Notes: generated by a model not told the origin, from the letters alone. DNA of 63,264 nt, filler included, from Octopus bimaculoides (GCF_001194135.2; 6 parts of 6 records of this genome joined end to end with filler, not necessarily neighbours in it); one strand, 5' to 3'; counted from the whole stretch's first letter, positions 14,833 to 28,805 are shown. Numbers and translations: made by a program.

Positions 14833-15309
14833 GATAAATAAATAGATAGATAGGTATGGCACAATGGGTCAGTATCATTAGCTAAATAGCGTTCTATACG
14901 ATTTTACAATGGTGTCTGCGTTTTTGTTTCAGACTAATTATTTAAATATGAAAAAAAAAAAAAATAATAATAATAATAAAAAGTGTAAATAAAAATAAAT
15001 AAAAATGAATGAAATAAAGACTGTAGCAACGACTCAAACAAAGGGAATGAATATAATGAGGTTCAAAGAGCATGAAGAAGAAAAAAAAACGAAGGAAAAA
15101 CTATGATATTGAATGAAATGAATGAACGATTCCTACAGGAAGTGTTTAAATATTTTTAATAAAGGAAAGAAAAGCAAGAAATAACGAAAGATAGAAAAGG
15201 CACAGCGAAATACTAAGTCTATAATGAAAGAGAAGGTCGTGGATAAAGAAAATTACGGGAAAGCAGTGTGGGAGGTTGGGGGAGAGAAATATACATATAT
15301 TCTTTTATT

Positions 15310-15500
15310 CTTTTATTCTTTTATTTGTTTCAGTTATTTGACTGCAGCCATGCTGGAGCACCGCCTTTAGTCGAGCAAATCGAACCCCAGGACTTATTCT
15401 TTGTAAGTCTAGTGTTTATTCTATCGTTCTCTTTTGTCGACCCGCTAATGTTACGGGGACGTTAACACACCGACTCGAAATCAGTTGTCAAGCGATGATG
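15310..15500 (-). mobile_element. SINE family A 3' fragment
   Basis: gtttcagttatttgactgcagccatgctggagcaccgcctttagtcgagcaaatcga matches the 20903 copy. Confidence 0.8.
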
Positions 15501-16024
15501 ATGGTGGTTCGATGCTTTTTTGTTTTGTTTTCGATGGCCAAATAACTGAAGAGATGGCGGCGTGGGTCTCCGCTCCGACATCCGAAACTCGGAGTTTATC
15601 ATGGCTACCGAATAATTGTCACATATTATCTAANNNNNNNNNNNNNNNNNNNNNNNNNNNNNNNNNNNNNNNNNNNNNNNNNNNNNNNNNNNNNNNNNNN
15701 NNNNNNNNNNNNNNNNNNNNNNNNNNNNNNNNNNNNNNNNNNNNNNNNNNNNNNNNNNNNNNNNNNNNNNNNNNNNNNNNNNNNNNNNNNNNNNNNNNNN
15801 NNNNNNNNNNNNNNNNNNNNNNNNNNNNNNNNNNNNNNNNNNNNGGATCGATAAATTAAGTACCAGTTGGCGTACTGGGGTCGATCTAATCGACTGGCCC
15901 CCTCACCCCAAAATTTCGGGCCTTGTACATAGACTAGAAAAGAATATTTCACAGCTTTTGCGTCACTCCTTCATCGTCAGATTATGAACTTTGCAGAGCA
16001 CCGTCGTAGAGGCCCAACACATGC

Positions 16025-16080
16025 AAGAAGAGAGAGGGAGAGAGAGCTGGAGGGAAAGAGAAAGACTGAGAGGGAGATTG

Positions 16081-16127
<47 letters not shown>

Positions 16128-16867
16128 TATAGAGAGAGAGGAAAAAGAGGAAATGTGTGTAGTAGGAATCGTTCATTCATTCATTGTATGGAATGTTTTC
16201 TGTTTAATATGGAGTCCTCACGAGAAAGCTAACTTCATAAGTGTATGCGTGCATATATACATATATGTTGGTGTGTGTGTGTGGGGAGGCAATGACAGAG
16301 AAAGAGAGAGGAGGAGAGGGAGAGAAAGATAAGCAGACAGATAGCGAGACAGAGAGACAGGTGAACAAAAAAACGGGCTTTCAGACAGACAGAAAGACAG
16401 ACAGACAAATGGAAAGACAGATAGAGAGTAGGGGAGAAAGTGAGAGACAATAACAGAGTCAAATAGACAATGCCAGTGAGAGAGAGAGAGAGAGAGAGTG
16501 CGAGAGGCTAACCAAGCCAGAGGAGAGAGAGTGAGAATTAAACAGACTAAACCAGAGACAAAGAGAGAGAGAGAGAGAGTGAGAGAAAGAAAGCGTATGT
16601 GTATCTGTTTTGTGCAGCATGTGTGTGTGTGTGCGTCTGTGTGTGTGTGTCTGAATGTGTATGTGTGTTTCTGTTTTGTGCATGTGTGTGTTTGTGTGTG
16701 TGCGTATGCCTGTGTGTGTCTTTGTGTGTCGGAATCTGTGTGTGTGCGTATGTCTGTGTGTGTGTGTTTGTGTGTCTGAATGTGTGCGTACGTCTATGTT
16801 TTATGCATGTGTCTGCATGTGTGTGAGTATGTCTTTGTGTATTGTATGTTTAAATAGAATAAGTGCG

Positions 16868-16912
<45 letters not shown>
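16025..16912. repeat. (GA)n, (GACA)n, (GT)n and (TA)n low-complexity tract
   Basis: Read directly. Confidence 0.9.
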
Positions 16913-17572
16913 NNNNNNNNNNNNNNNNNNNNNNNNNNNNNNNNNNNNNNNNNNNNNNNNNNNNNNNNNNNNNNNNNNNNNNNNNNNNNNNNNNNNNNNN
17001 NNNNNNNNNNNNNNNNNNNNNNNNNNNNNNNNNNNNNNNNNNNNNNNNNNNNNNNNNNNNNNNNNNNNNNNNNNNNNNNNNNNNNNNNNNNNNNNNNNNN
17101 NNNNNNNNNNNNNNNNNNNNNNNNNNNNNNNNNNNNNNNNNNNNNNNNNNNNNNNNNNNNNNNNNNNNNNNNNNNNNNNNNNNNNNNNNNNNNNNNNNNN
17201 NNNNNNNNNNNNNNNNNNNNNNNNNNNNNNNNNNNNNNNNNNNNNNNNNNNNNNNNNNNNNNNNNNNNNNNNNNNNNNNNNNNNNNNNNNNNNNNNNNNN
17301 NNNNNNNNNNNNNNNNNNNNNNNNNNNNNNNNNNNNNNNNNNNNNNNNNNNNNNNNNNNNNNNNNNNNNNNNNNNNNNNNNNNNNNNNNNNNNNNNNNNN
17401 NNNNNNNNNNNNNNNNNNNNNNNNNNNNNNNNNNNNNNNNNNNNNNNNNNNNNNNNNNNNNNNNNNNNNNNNNNNNNNNNNNNNNNNNNNNNNNNNNNNN
17501 NNNNNNNNNNNNNNNNNNNNNNNNNNNNNNNNNNNNNNNNNNNNNNNNNNNNNNNNNNNNNNNNNNNNNNNN

Positions 17573-17618
<46 letters not shown>

Positions 17619-18039
17619 ATCATGTATATGTGTATAAGTGTATGCACACACACATATATCTCACTGTAAGTCAGCATTTGCATAATTACTTCAAGTTGTT
17701 GTAATAAGGTTTCTATAGTCGTTTTGGTGTCTATATAATTCATACGTCTGTATATAAGCGCCGAAGTATCGCGTACGAAGGAGTGGCTGATGACGTTACC
17801 AAATTTCTACGAAACTTACTTCGCAATCACGGTTTCATGGTTTGATTTCACAGCACGGAACATTTGGCCACGTGTCATTTAACCTAGCCGAGAGAAAAAC
17901 CAATCCTTATAACCGAAACTTAGTTAAAAATGTAATTTGTGAAACAGGCGTGGCTGAGTGGTAAGTAGTTTCCTTTACGACCACGTGGTTCCCGATTCCC
18001 GATTCCGTTCCACGGCATAACGTGTGGGGCAAATGTTCA

Positions 18040-18225
18040 TTTATTCTTTGCTACTCTCGGCACAAGGCCCGAAATTTTGGTGGAGGGAGACAGTCGATTA
18101 GATGGAGCTCAGTACGCAACTGGTACTTAATTTATCGACCCTGAAACAATGAAAAGCAAAGTTGACCTCGGCGGAATTTGAAGTCAGAACGTAGACAGAC
18201 GGAAGACCGCTAAGCATTTCGCCCG
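18040..18225 (-). mobile_element. SINE family B copy
   Basis: Reverse complement of the family B body with CpGs largely intact. Confidence 0.75.
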
Positions 18226-20902
18226 ACACTTTCAACTTCACTCATTTTGCGTATATATAGACACCAGTGTGTTAATATTTCTATACGTCTCATATATATG
18301 CACATATGACTTAATATATATATGCATTATAAATATGCTTGTATATATGTGTGTGTGGGGGTGTATACATTCATACATATATATGCATATGTATAAATAT
18401 ATGTGTATATATATATATATGCATATGTGTGTGTGTATAGACATGCATACATTTTTAGGCTTTTGCATGTGTATATTGGTATGTGTATATGTGTGTATAA
18501 ATGAGCGTGTGTTAACAAAGGCCTCAATACATGTAAGCACCATATTGAATTCTGGGACGTTAACATTTATCGAGTATTATATGGAATCTCGCTAGATCTG
18601 CTATAAATGAAATGTAGAACGTAAAAGCAAACTAAATACATATATATGTATATATATATATATACATATATATACATACGTGTGTGTGCATATGAATTTA
18701 TGCGTATATGTGTCTGCATCCGTATGTGTGCATATGTATGAACACACACACACACACATGTATATATATATANNNNNNNNNNNNNNNNNNNNNNNNNNNN
18801 NNNNNNNNNNNNNNNNTTAATTAATTAANNNNNNNNNNNNNNNNNNNNNNNNNNNNNNNNNNNNNNNNNNNNATGTATGTGCGTGTGAAAGAGGGCTGGT
18901 GATCTTGACGTGTGTGTATGAATGTGTAGGTGTGAAAATGTGGGGATGGGAATTGGTCAGTGTTGGTGTGTGCGTGGTGGTGTGTTGTGTGGTATGGTGT
19001 AGTGTGGTGTGGTGTGATGGTGTTGGGAGGTGGGGGAGGCGAGAGTGGGGAAAGCACAGGTGGGGTGTAGGTAGGCAGAGGTTGGGGGTAGGTGGGGTAG
19101 GAATGTGCAGAGGCTGGGGTAGGTGGGATATGTGGGTAAGTAGTGAGTGGGGTAAAGGTGGAGTATGTGGGAGAGGGTGTAAGGGATGGGATGAGGTGGG
19201 GTGGTGTGGGCTTATGAGGGAGGGTTAGCGATGAAGGGGGAAGGGGAAGGTGGGTATGAGAGATGAGAGAAAGAGAGTAGGGGTGAAGAGAAGTAGGAGA
19301 CTGAAACAAGTAAGATACTAAAAAACTATGCCATTTTAATCCTGAGCAGCACCAGGTATCTCTGCTAGTTTGTATATATTTATTTTATTATAAATGCAAA
19401 ACACACCACAGAGGAATCAATGTAAGCTTAAATAATAAACTGCAATATGGCGAGGGTTTACTGTATTAGAATGTAATAAATTGAATATTGGGGCCTTACT
19501 CTTCTTAGCTTTTAACCTAGTTGGTATTGACCTACCTCACTCCACTCAGGCCCATTTAATACACATGTCTCTTGTTTTCTTATCACCCTTACTATTTCAT
19601 TCTCTGAACACCTAATCCTTCCTTCCCAGAACTGCAATCCTTTGTCGGCATAACCTACAAGGGGTCAAATTGAAACATTAGCTACACTGATTCCATCAGT
19701 ATGGGAAAGCCTGAAAAAAAATTATGGATACCTCTACCTCTTCCACCTCCTCTACTTCTACCTCCCTCTCCTCTACCTCTCCCCTCCTCCTCCCTGCCTC
19801 TTCCTCCTCCCTGCTTCTTCCTCCTCCCTGCCTCTTCCTCCCTGTTTTTTCCTCCTCCTCTGCTTCTTACTCTCCCCATATGCTTTTTCCTCCTCCTCTC
19901 TGTTTTTTTCCACAGGTTTACTTCTCCTTCTCCTCCTCTGCTCTTTACTCCTCCTCTGCTCTTTACTCCCCTCTGCTCTTTACTCCTCCTCCTTCCTCCT
20001 CCTTTTTCTTCCTTCTCTTCTAACTTTTTTTCCTTTTAAGGCTTTTTGAGATCTAGAAAACAGATAACTGGGTGAGATTAATGCGATTAATAGTTAATTA
20101 CAATTGTTGTGGATGTGAATGCATTGGCAATAAAGAATTTACATTTCTCAGGGCAAAAGGATTAATGAGGATCACATCTCAGACTCTTTACTACATATCC
20201 ACTGGTCATGTTTTTGATCTCATCCCATCGTCCTTCCAGTTTTCACTTCTCATCAAACTATTAAACCACCATTACTCTTCATATAGCCTGTTATGATAGA
20301 TGTTGGTTTTTAACTGTGTGGCGAGATATGTATGTACTAATGTAGTATGGTTTATTGTGTCTGTTGAGTATCAGCAGAATGTGAAGGTGGAGCAAGTACT
20401 TATCAAGGGTGAACAGAAGGTGGAGTCAGTGTTTGTATTCTCATTAATGATAGTAATCTGGCTGTCAGAACATTAAAAGGATCAATACCTGTCACACAGA
20501 TGCACTCACTTGCACACAACACATATGCCCTCGCTTTTTATATATTTCTGTCTGATATATCCATCCATCTGTCTGTCTATCTATTTTTTTTTACTCACAC
20601 ACACTAAATGCAAGCTCTCTGACAATATTGTATGTGTGCCAGTGAAACACAGATGTGCCAGATGTACATTCATTTACAAGTAAAAGCGTACAAAACTGTA
20701 CCCCATTAGTAGAAAACTTATAAACATGTACCTACACATATACACCCACTGATATTCATACATTGAGGAAATACAAATAACACATGTATCATAAACATGT
20801 TACAGCATGAACACACATACTGATTCTGTATATATTGCTGATAGGTATATACAAACCGACGCACATATATGCATTATTACATACATACACAATTGCACAT
20901 AT

Positions 20903-21284
20903 ACTCTTTTACTTGTTTCAGTCATTTGACTGTGGCCATGCTGGAGCACCGCCTTTAGTCGAGCAAATCGACCCAGGACTTATTCTTTGTGAGCCTAGTA
21001 CTTATTCTATCAGTCTCTTTTGCCAAACTGCTAAGTTATGAGTACATAAACACACCAGCATCGGTTGTCAAGCGATGTTGGTGGGACAAACACGGACACA
21101 CACACACATATAAATATATATACATATATACGACGGACTTCTTTCAGTTTCCGTCTACCAAATCCACTCACAAGGCTTTGGTCGGCCCGAGGCTATAGTA
21201 GAAGACACTTGCCCAAGGTGCCACGCAGTGGGACTGAACCCAGAACCATGAGGTTTGTAAGCAAGCTACTTAACACACAGCCAT
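20903..21284 (-). mobile_element. Near full-length tRNA-derived SINE, family A
   Basis: tRNA-like head (TGGCTGTGTG...GGGTTCAGTCCC), central CA/TA microsatellite, 3' module ending actgaaacaagtaaaagagt. Confidence 0.9.
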
Positions 21285-21838
21285 GAAAGTAATAGCATAT
21301 AGACTGAAATAACATACATTGTATACACACTAGCATATTTAGTATATATACACACGCACACACAGTGTATAATACTGGTGTCTTAACAGATCAGTAGGTT
21401 CCAATCAGAATTGAACACACTGCTGAATCTAGCTTTTGTTTGATTTCATGCATAAATACATTGTGACATACATTGTGAAATGGAGAGATGACTTCTAACC
21501 TACTTTGATATCACAAGGACACAATCACTATTGATATCAAGGAAACAAACTTGCAGTGCACATATTCTCTTTATTATCATCCAGTTGGGTAACTTGCCCA
21601 AACCAGTGCAACTTTTCCACACCGAACGACCTGTTTGAGCATTGTGGCATGAACATCTGGCTTGAACTTTAGTGACACTTGTCTTTTGCTAACTGAAATA
21701 TCTCATCTGCACACACTATGTCTACAGATGACAGTAGTCGTTTGCATACTGAACTAGTTGATCCTGGTGGTTGACAGTTTGTTGTCTGTTCATCTACTCA
21801 ACATCTAATGATAGTCACCATTGATACAATAAGTTCCA

Positions 21839-23610
21839 TCATCATCGTTTAATGTCTGTTTTCCATGCTGGCATGGGTTGAATGGTTTGACTGGGGTCTG
21901 GAGAGCCAGTGGCTGCACCAGGCTCCAATCTGATCTGGTAATGTTTCTACAGCTGGATGCTCTTTCTAATGCCAACCCCTCTAAGAGTGTTATGGGTGCT
22001 TTTTACATGCCACCAACTCATGAGTCAGTCAGGCAGGCCTGGCAATGATCACTTTCGGGTGGTGCTTTTTACGTGCCACCGGCACAAGAGCCTGTCAGGG
22101 GATACTGGCATCAGCCATGATTGGTTGGTGGTTTTTACATGCTATCGGCACTGAAGCCAGTCAGGCAGACCTGGCATTGACCACATTCAGATGGTGCTTT
22201 TTGCATGCCACCAGCATGGGAGCCAGTTGGGGCACTGGCTACAGCTACGATATTGGTTTTACTTGACTCAACAGGTCTCAAGCATTTCATATCACCCGAC
22301 GCATCAGGGGTATTCTTAACAGGGCCACATATGCGTGGCTGTGATCTCACTTTAGTTGCTGGGTCTTCTCAATCACAGCATATCTCCAAAGGTCCCAGTC
22401 TCCCGTTATTGCCTCTGTGAGGCCCAATGTGCGAAAGTCATGCTTCACCACCTCATTCCATGTCTTCCTGAGTCTACCTCTTCCACAGGTTCCTTCTACA
22501 GTTAGGGAGTGGCACTTCCTCACACAGCTATCTTCATTCATAAGTATCAAATGCCCATACCACTGCAGACGCCTCTCTTGCACATTTGATGCTTCTTATG
22601 CCCAACTTTTCTCTCAGGGCACTTACACTCTGTCTGTATGCACACTGACATTACACATCCAGCAGATCATACTAGCTTCATTTCTTTCAAGCCTACACAT
22701 TTCCTCAGCATACATGGCCCATGTTTCTCTGCTATGTAACATGGCAGTTCGCACACATACATCATACAATCTACCTTTCACCCGAGCAAGAGGCCAGGCC
22801 CTTGGTTGCCAGCAGAGGTAGGAGCTCCCTGAACTTTGCCCAGGCTATTCTTACTCTAGTCACTACACTCGTAGAGCAACTGCCCCTACTATAGACTTGG
22901 TCACTTAGGTAGCGGAAACTATCAACTACTTCTAGTTTCTTCCCCTGGCATGTGATGGAATCTGTTTTCTGTACATCTTCAGTGTTTATTGCCCCAGTGC
23001 ATCTGTCACACACAAAAACTTTTCCCAGTTAACCTTCCTTTGATATTGCTGCACCTTTTATGTGTCCATAGCTTACACTTGGTACATTGTATGGAGTTTC
23101 TACTTACGCCTTTTCTACAGATTGAGCAGGACCATCTACCCAAAGGGGGTTGTGATTTGACAGCCTTCCTACTTACTAAAACTTTGGTTTTTGCTAGGTT
23201 AATCCTAAGGCCCTTCGATTCTAGACCTTGCCTCCACAACCTAAACTTCGTGTCCAGTTCTAGCAGTAACTCAGTGGTACTTCTGCCTGACACAAAACCG
23301 AACTGCATCTCATCTAGGCTAACTCTCTCCTTAATTTTTTAGGCTATGACCCTCTCTGTAACTTTCATCACCTGATCCAGTAATTTGATACCCCTGTAGT
23401 TATTTCTATCTAAAGCATCACCTTTACTCTTGTAGCAGTTGACTATGGTGCTGCTACACCAGTCATTGGCTATGACCTCTTCATGAACTACCTAATTTCC
23501 GATGTAGGTGACAAGACCATAACCCATACTGCTCAATATTTTAAGCATCCCTGTGGTGATTCCTGATGGGCCAGGGGCTTTCCCTGTCTTCATATCCTTA
23601 ATTGCTTTAT
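21839..23610 (-). mobile_element. 5'-truncated, internally deleted RTE-clade LINE with 3' UTR and (GAT)n tail
   Basis: RT-region peptides QFGFVSGRSTT, GLESKGLRINLAKTKVL, LEVVDSFRYL, RVRIAWAKFRELLPLL; RTE C-terminus RRLQWYGHL...GRGRLRKTWNEVV...WDLWRYAV; 3' UTR with ~60-bp tandem units. Confidence 0.88.
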
Positions 23611-24151
23611 CTACATGGGTGCTGTTGATTCAGATAGCTGGTCCCTCAATTGGGTCAACCTTTGGCAGACTCTCCTCCTCCCATTCATTCTCCACATTCA
23701 GCAGTCTTTCATAAAGGCTTCTCCAAGCCTCTTTCTTTGCAGAATCATTAAATACAATCTCATATACTTGTCCCAATCTCATATACTTGTCTCTCCTCCT
23801 CTTATTACAGCCTACTGTGTTTCCTTCCCTCCCCCTTACTTTCTGGTTGCTGCACTAACTACCGTACCCAATTTGTCCATTGCAGGGTGTCCACCTGCTG
23901 GAATTCCCTCTTCTCCTGTATGTTTTTTTTTTTTTGTTACAGGCATTGATACTGTTGATGCTCAGACTAAATATCAACCATATCAACACCACCGGACTGG
24001 AAGAGCCTGTGAAGGCCATGGGTACTGCCTCTGCTTCCTGACTAAGCCATAACAAGAAGAGTTCCTTTTTTTAGGAACAGGCATAATTATCACTCATACT
24101 TACTTTTAATCTGATGTATCTTACGTCACATATATTATACACAATGATATG

Positions 24152-24182
<31 letters not shown>

Positions 24183-24307
24183 TATATAGAAGTACATATG
24201 TCGAGATTGATTATGTTATTTGTTTATAATCTTCTGAAAACTCTGTTTAATATATTAGTAAACTTCGTGAGAGATTCCTGATGCTGATTTTTTTCTTTTT
24301 TTCATAG

Positions 24308-24373
24308 GTCGTGCAAACATTGCAGAGGCTTTACGGCAAGGATTTTTGCAATTAGATACTGAAATGTTGAAAG
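24308..24373 (+). CDS. PP2C/PPM-family Ser/Thr phosphatase (PTC2/T23F11.1-like), internal exon: RANIAEALRQGFLQLDTEMLK
   Basis: Polypyrimidine-cataG acceptor, AG|gtaatg donor, phase 1/1; joins in frame to the next exon giving MLKD-DTMKDELAGTT. Confidence 0.85.
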
Positions 24374-24418
24374 GTAATGCAGTACGTTGACACATGTATG
24401 CATACAAGCACACACACA

Positions 24419-24469
<51 letters not shown>

Positions 24470-27400
24470 CCTCCCCCCTCTCTCTCTCTGTTGTTTTTAT
24501 GGATAGAATGAAAATATACTGGAATGAGCACAATCCAGAGCACGTTTCATGACAAAGCAGTTATGCCAATAAACAACAAATGTTAAAAGGCAATCAAAGT
24601 GTTGATTTGATTATAATTTTATTTCCCAAAGTGTTAACAGTGCTGGGCCAGAAAATATTTCAGCCCTTAACAACTGCTGATACTCAACAGGGCACAGGTG
24701 AGACCCACTTATGATGTTCCTCTCCCACATCTGGAACAGTGCTTCTATTACATACACAGACAACCTGGAATGTATGTATAGAAAGGCCACTCAACTAATT
24801 AATGTTTAATCACTGATGGACATACTTTAACCTCTGGCCATCAGGAGTGATGTTTTCTCTCTCTGTGTTTTCTGTCAAAACTATATTTGGTCATGTAATG
24901 TAGAAGTGTGTGTTTGTGTGCATACACATGAACATACTCACATCAGCCATCTGTAGAGTTTTTGTCAACTAAATTTCACTCAGAAGACATCCTCCATATT
25001 ATATCCAACACTCCAGTGTCACAGTAATCACTACACATTCTCCTTTCTCACCAGAATGTTGGCCCACTGGAAATGCTTCTTTGCTCAAATCTTTTCTGTG
25101 GAGACCAACTTGCACACCAGTTTAAATGGGACATCAATCTCAACAGTCTCAGAGGGCCTGTGAAAGTCATGGGCACTAATCCTTTTTCCAGTTCAGCTAT
25201 TATGAAGAAAAGAAATGGTTGGCTATGCAGTGAGATTGGACTCAAAACCATGTAATTTCAAAACAAACTTAACTACACAGCCACACCTGTGCCTAGCATT
25301 TCAATAACAATAAAAATCTAGTGCAAACACAATAGAGCAGATTGTTTTGTGGGGAAAGAATCAAAAATCATAGTGTTACTACAGGAGTCAGCTACCCAAC
25401 AAATGCAAATCTCTTGTCTAAAACTGTGGAAGATTAGAATGTCTGTGGTGATGAACTAATGCAAAATTTACATATTTTGTTTCAAGGCTGTAATTTCTCT
25501 TTTGTACATGTCATTTGTGCACTGGGAGCCTTCAAGTGACTGTTTAACCTTGTAGAAATATCAGCCATATTTTCCTCAAATCATATTTAACCTCATATTT
25601 GATTATAGAATAATTTTTACACAATGTTTGAGAAAATAATTGAATGATTAAGGCTAGAATATATTTTATAGGTGTGCTTAATTATGGTTGACCTGGTTTA
25701 AACAATGACAGGTGTTATTTATTTATAAACATATTAAACTATTTTTAAACCATTGCTGTCACATTCACTCTGATAATTTGAATAACAATGCAAATTTACT
25801 GTATTGTCCAACACATGGGAACATAAAATGCTACTATATGAAACCAAACCCAATAATTGTATCTTCGTGGTCAGTGCAGCCTTTGGTAATTAAAGTTACT
25901 CTGTTACACTGTGACAGCTGCCCTATCATTTTCGATTTGGCTGCTGTTGATCCAACATTAGATGAAAGCCTGAGTATTTTTATTACAACCTTAACTATGT
26001 TGTTTGTAGGTCTATCTGTCCACATTAACCAATTCTAGCTTAGTTGAGATGCTTTTTTGATAAGGTGATTAGTAAGCAACCCTGGTTATCTGCACCTAGC
26101 CTGAATTTTAACCCAGAATGTAAAGGAACTAGAACAGATACTATGAAGCAATCTTATTTGATCCTTTAACAATTCCATCAGTTCACTACTCTGGACTGGT
26201 ATTTTATTTATTGTCTCTGACAGAATGAAAGACAAAGTTAACTTTGTCGGGATTTGAAGTCAGAGCACAGAAAGAGAATAAATACTGCAAGGCATTCTCT
26301 CCAATGCTGTAATAACTCAACCGCTTTGCTGTTGTAGCTATCATTAGCAGCTATTTAATCTTCTTTGAAGCTTTTGGCTTAGGAAACACACTTTGTATTT
26401 AGTATGACATGATAATTGGCTTCATTAAACCAGCACCAATTTGTCTTGAAGTCATTAGTGTAATATGTTTCATCAATCACACTATCTCTCCAGAAATTTC
26501 ACTAATATTCCTTTCCCTGACTTAATGTTATTCAGTTAAATCTATGTTTATAATTACTGTTAAATACCAATTTCAGCTCTCAGTTACTCAAGTTTTGGTG
26601 TTTGAAGAATCAGAATTTACAACTAATCTGCTATCAGAGTTTATCTTTACCTGTTGATTAGTAAAAGATACTTCATGCAGGTTGCTGTTTTCATTTCGTA
26701 TGGGTATATTAGTTACTGTTGCGGCAGTTGCTGTTGTTTTCAAGTAACCTTAGTTACATCAGCTCAAGCAGACATGAAGTGGAGAAGTAGTCAATCAAAG
26801 GTCTTTATGAAAAGGCCACAGGTTTTGCACTCTTGGTATTTTGTACTTCAGTCTATTAAGGCACCATACTGCATACTCTTTAGGTAGTTGTTATTGGCCA
26901 TTTTAGTTTCCAGTGTGATTGTTGAGCAAGCAAAGCAGCTTCTGTTTAGAATGTTACAATGCGTAAACTGAACCACTATCTTCCATTATTGCTCTATTCT
27001 CTTCCCAGTAGAAGCCAAATGCTATATGACCTAAACTTCTGACAGTATTGAGTACAATGGTAGAGGTGATTAATCCTTTAACTGCAAAATTAAATTTCAT
27101 AGTTACTCTAGTAATATTTGTTAAATATCTATTTTCTTCAAGCCTTGATGAACATGACATATATCAACACACACACACACAAAAAAAAAAAAAAATTCAA
27201 ATATAACATTCCGCAACAAAAGGAAAGATTAGTATATAAAACTGCTTTTCACAGTTACAGGTAATGAACTTTTGAATGGGTATATCTAATATCTGCAGTA
27301 AAAGGTTAAGCTGGAGAATATATGCCTAACAGTAAGCTATGCACATCAAGTTTAGCACATTACTATTCTTTAAGGTGGTGAATTTGCATAGATGTTAGAA

Positions 27401-27820
27401 TGTTGGATTAAATACCTTGCATTTTTAGTTCTGATTCTCAGTGTTCTAGGTTCAAATCTTACTAAAGTAATTTTATTTTTCATCCATTTAGGGTTGTTAA
27501 ATAAAGTACCACTGAAGTACTGGGGGTCAGTTCTTCTCTTTCTTCTTCCAACTCTCTCTGTCTTTGAAGAAATCTACTATTGTCAGATTTGGAGAGGTTC
27601 AAAATGCCCAAGACTTACTTGTGCCATGACAGAGTCAATATGATTCCAAAAGGAGTTGAGAGGGCAAAGAAAGACATTCTGATTTTGGTAATCTATTGGG
27701 ATCATTTTAATTAATGGGTGGTTTTGTTATCAGTCATCTGTCAACCCTAAATGAGCTGTCCTGGAGTCAAAAACTGTTACAACTGTAACATTCCTATCTT
27801 TTTTTATAACATGACTCTCT

Positions 27821-28320
27821 GGTTAAGAAGTTTGCTTTGCAGCCACATAGTGTCTTCTACTGTAGCCCCAGGTTGACCAATGCCTTGTGAGTGAATTTGG
27901 TTGATGGAAACTGTGTGGAAGCGGCGAGCTGGCAGAAATGTTAGCACGCCGGGCGAAATGCTTAGCGGTATTTCGTCTGCCGCTACGTTCTGAGTTCAAA
28001 TTCCACCAAGGTCAACTTTGTCTTTCATCCTTTCAGAGTCGATAAATTAAGTACCAGTTACACACTGGGGTCGATATAATTGACTTAATCCGTTTGTCCT
28101 TGTTTGTTCCCTTTGTGTGTAGCCCCTTGTGGGCAGTAAAGAAATAAAGAAACTGTGTGGAAGCCTCTTGTGTGTATATGTATGTGTGTGTGTGTGTGTG
28201 TCTTTGTGTCTGTCTCACCCCACCACTTAATAACCAGTGTTGGTTTGTTTACATTCCCGTAACTTACCAGTTCAACAAAAGAGGCTGAGAGAATAAGCAC
28301 CACACTTAAACAAGTACTGG
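27821..28320 (+). mobile_element. Old SINE family A copy interrupted by a younger family B SINE (27923-28148)
   Basis: 16-bp target-site duplication gaaactgtgtggaagc at 27907-27922 and 28149-28164. Confidence 0.85.
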
Positions 28321-28457
28321 GGTTAACTTGCTTTTCATCCTTTTGAGGTTAATAGAATAAGTACTTGTCGAGCACTGGTTTGATGAAATTGATTATCCCC
28401 ATCTCCTAAGATTTCAGGCCTAGTACCTATAATAGAAAGGATTATTATTATTATTAA

Positions 28458-28805
28458 AGGCAGCAAGCTGGTAGAATTGTTAGCATGCTGGGCAAAATGC
28501 TTAGCAACATTTCATCAGTCTATATGTTGTGAGTTCATCCTTTCCGAGTCAGTGAAATAAGTACTAGTTGATAGTTGAGCATTGGGGTTGATGTAATCAA
28601 CTCACCTCCTTCCCCCAAATTTCAGGCCTTTTGCTTGTAGTAGAAAGGATTATTATTATTATTATTATGAAAGTGGTGAGCTGGCAGGACCGTAAGCATG
28701 CTGGATGAAATGCTAAGCAGTATTTTGCCCATTGCTACATTCTGAGTTTAAATTCTGCCAAAGTCAACTTTGCATTTCATCCTTCTGGAGTCGATAAATT
28801 AAGTA
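28458..28805 (+). mobile_element. Two tandem CpG-decayed family B SINE copies separated by an (ATT)n tail
   Basis: ggcagcaagctggtagaattgttagc and ggtgagctggcaggac heads with the shared core. Confidence 0.75.

Noticed and set aside
20145-20200. GKRINEDHI, superficially like the PP2C GWRINMEDAH motif
   Set aside because: Lacks W, M and A of the motif and the frame continues with unrelated residues; treated as coincidence
20903-21284. tRNA-like A/B boxes suggesting tRNA genes
   Set aside because: They are SINE heads continuing into SINE bodies; no complete cloverleaf recognised
21990-22240. ~60-bp tandem units with variable interiors resembling a CRISPR-like array
   Set aside because: They are the internal tandem repeats of the RTE 3' UTR, also seen at 44950-45180; eukaryotic context, no cas genes
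25834-26025. 63-aa minus-strand ORF in a PP2C intron
   Set aside because: No recognisable motif or splice support; length expected by chance
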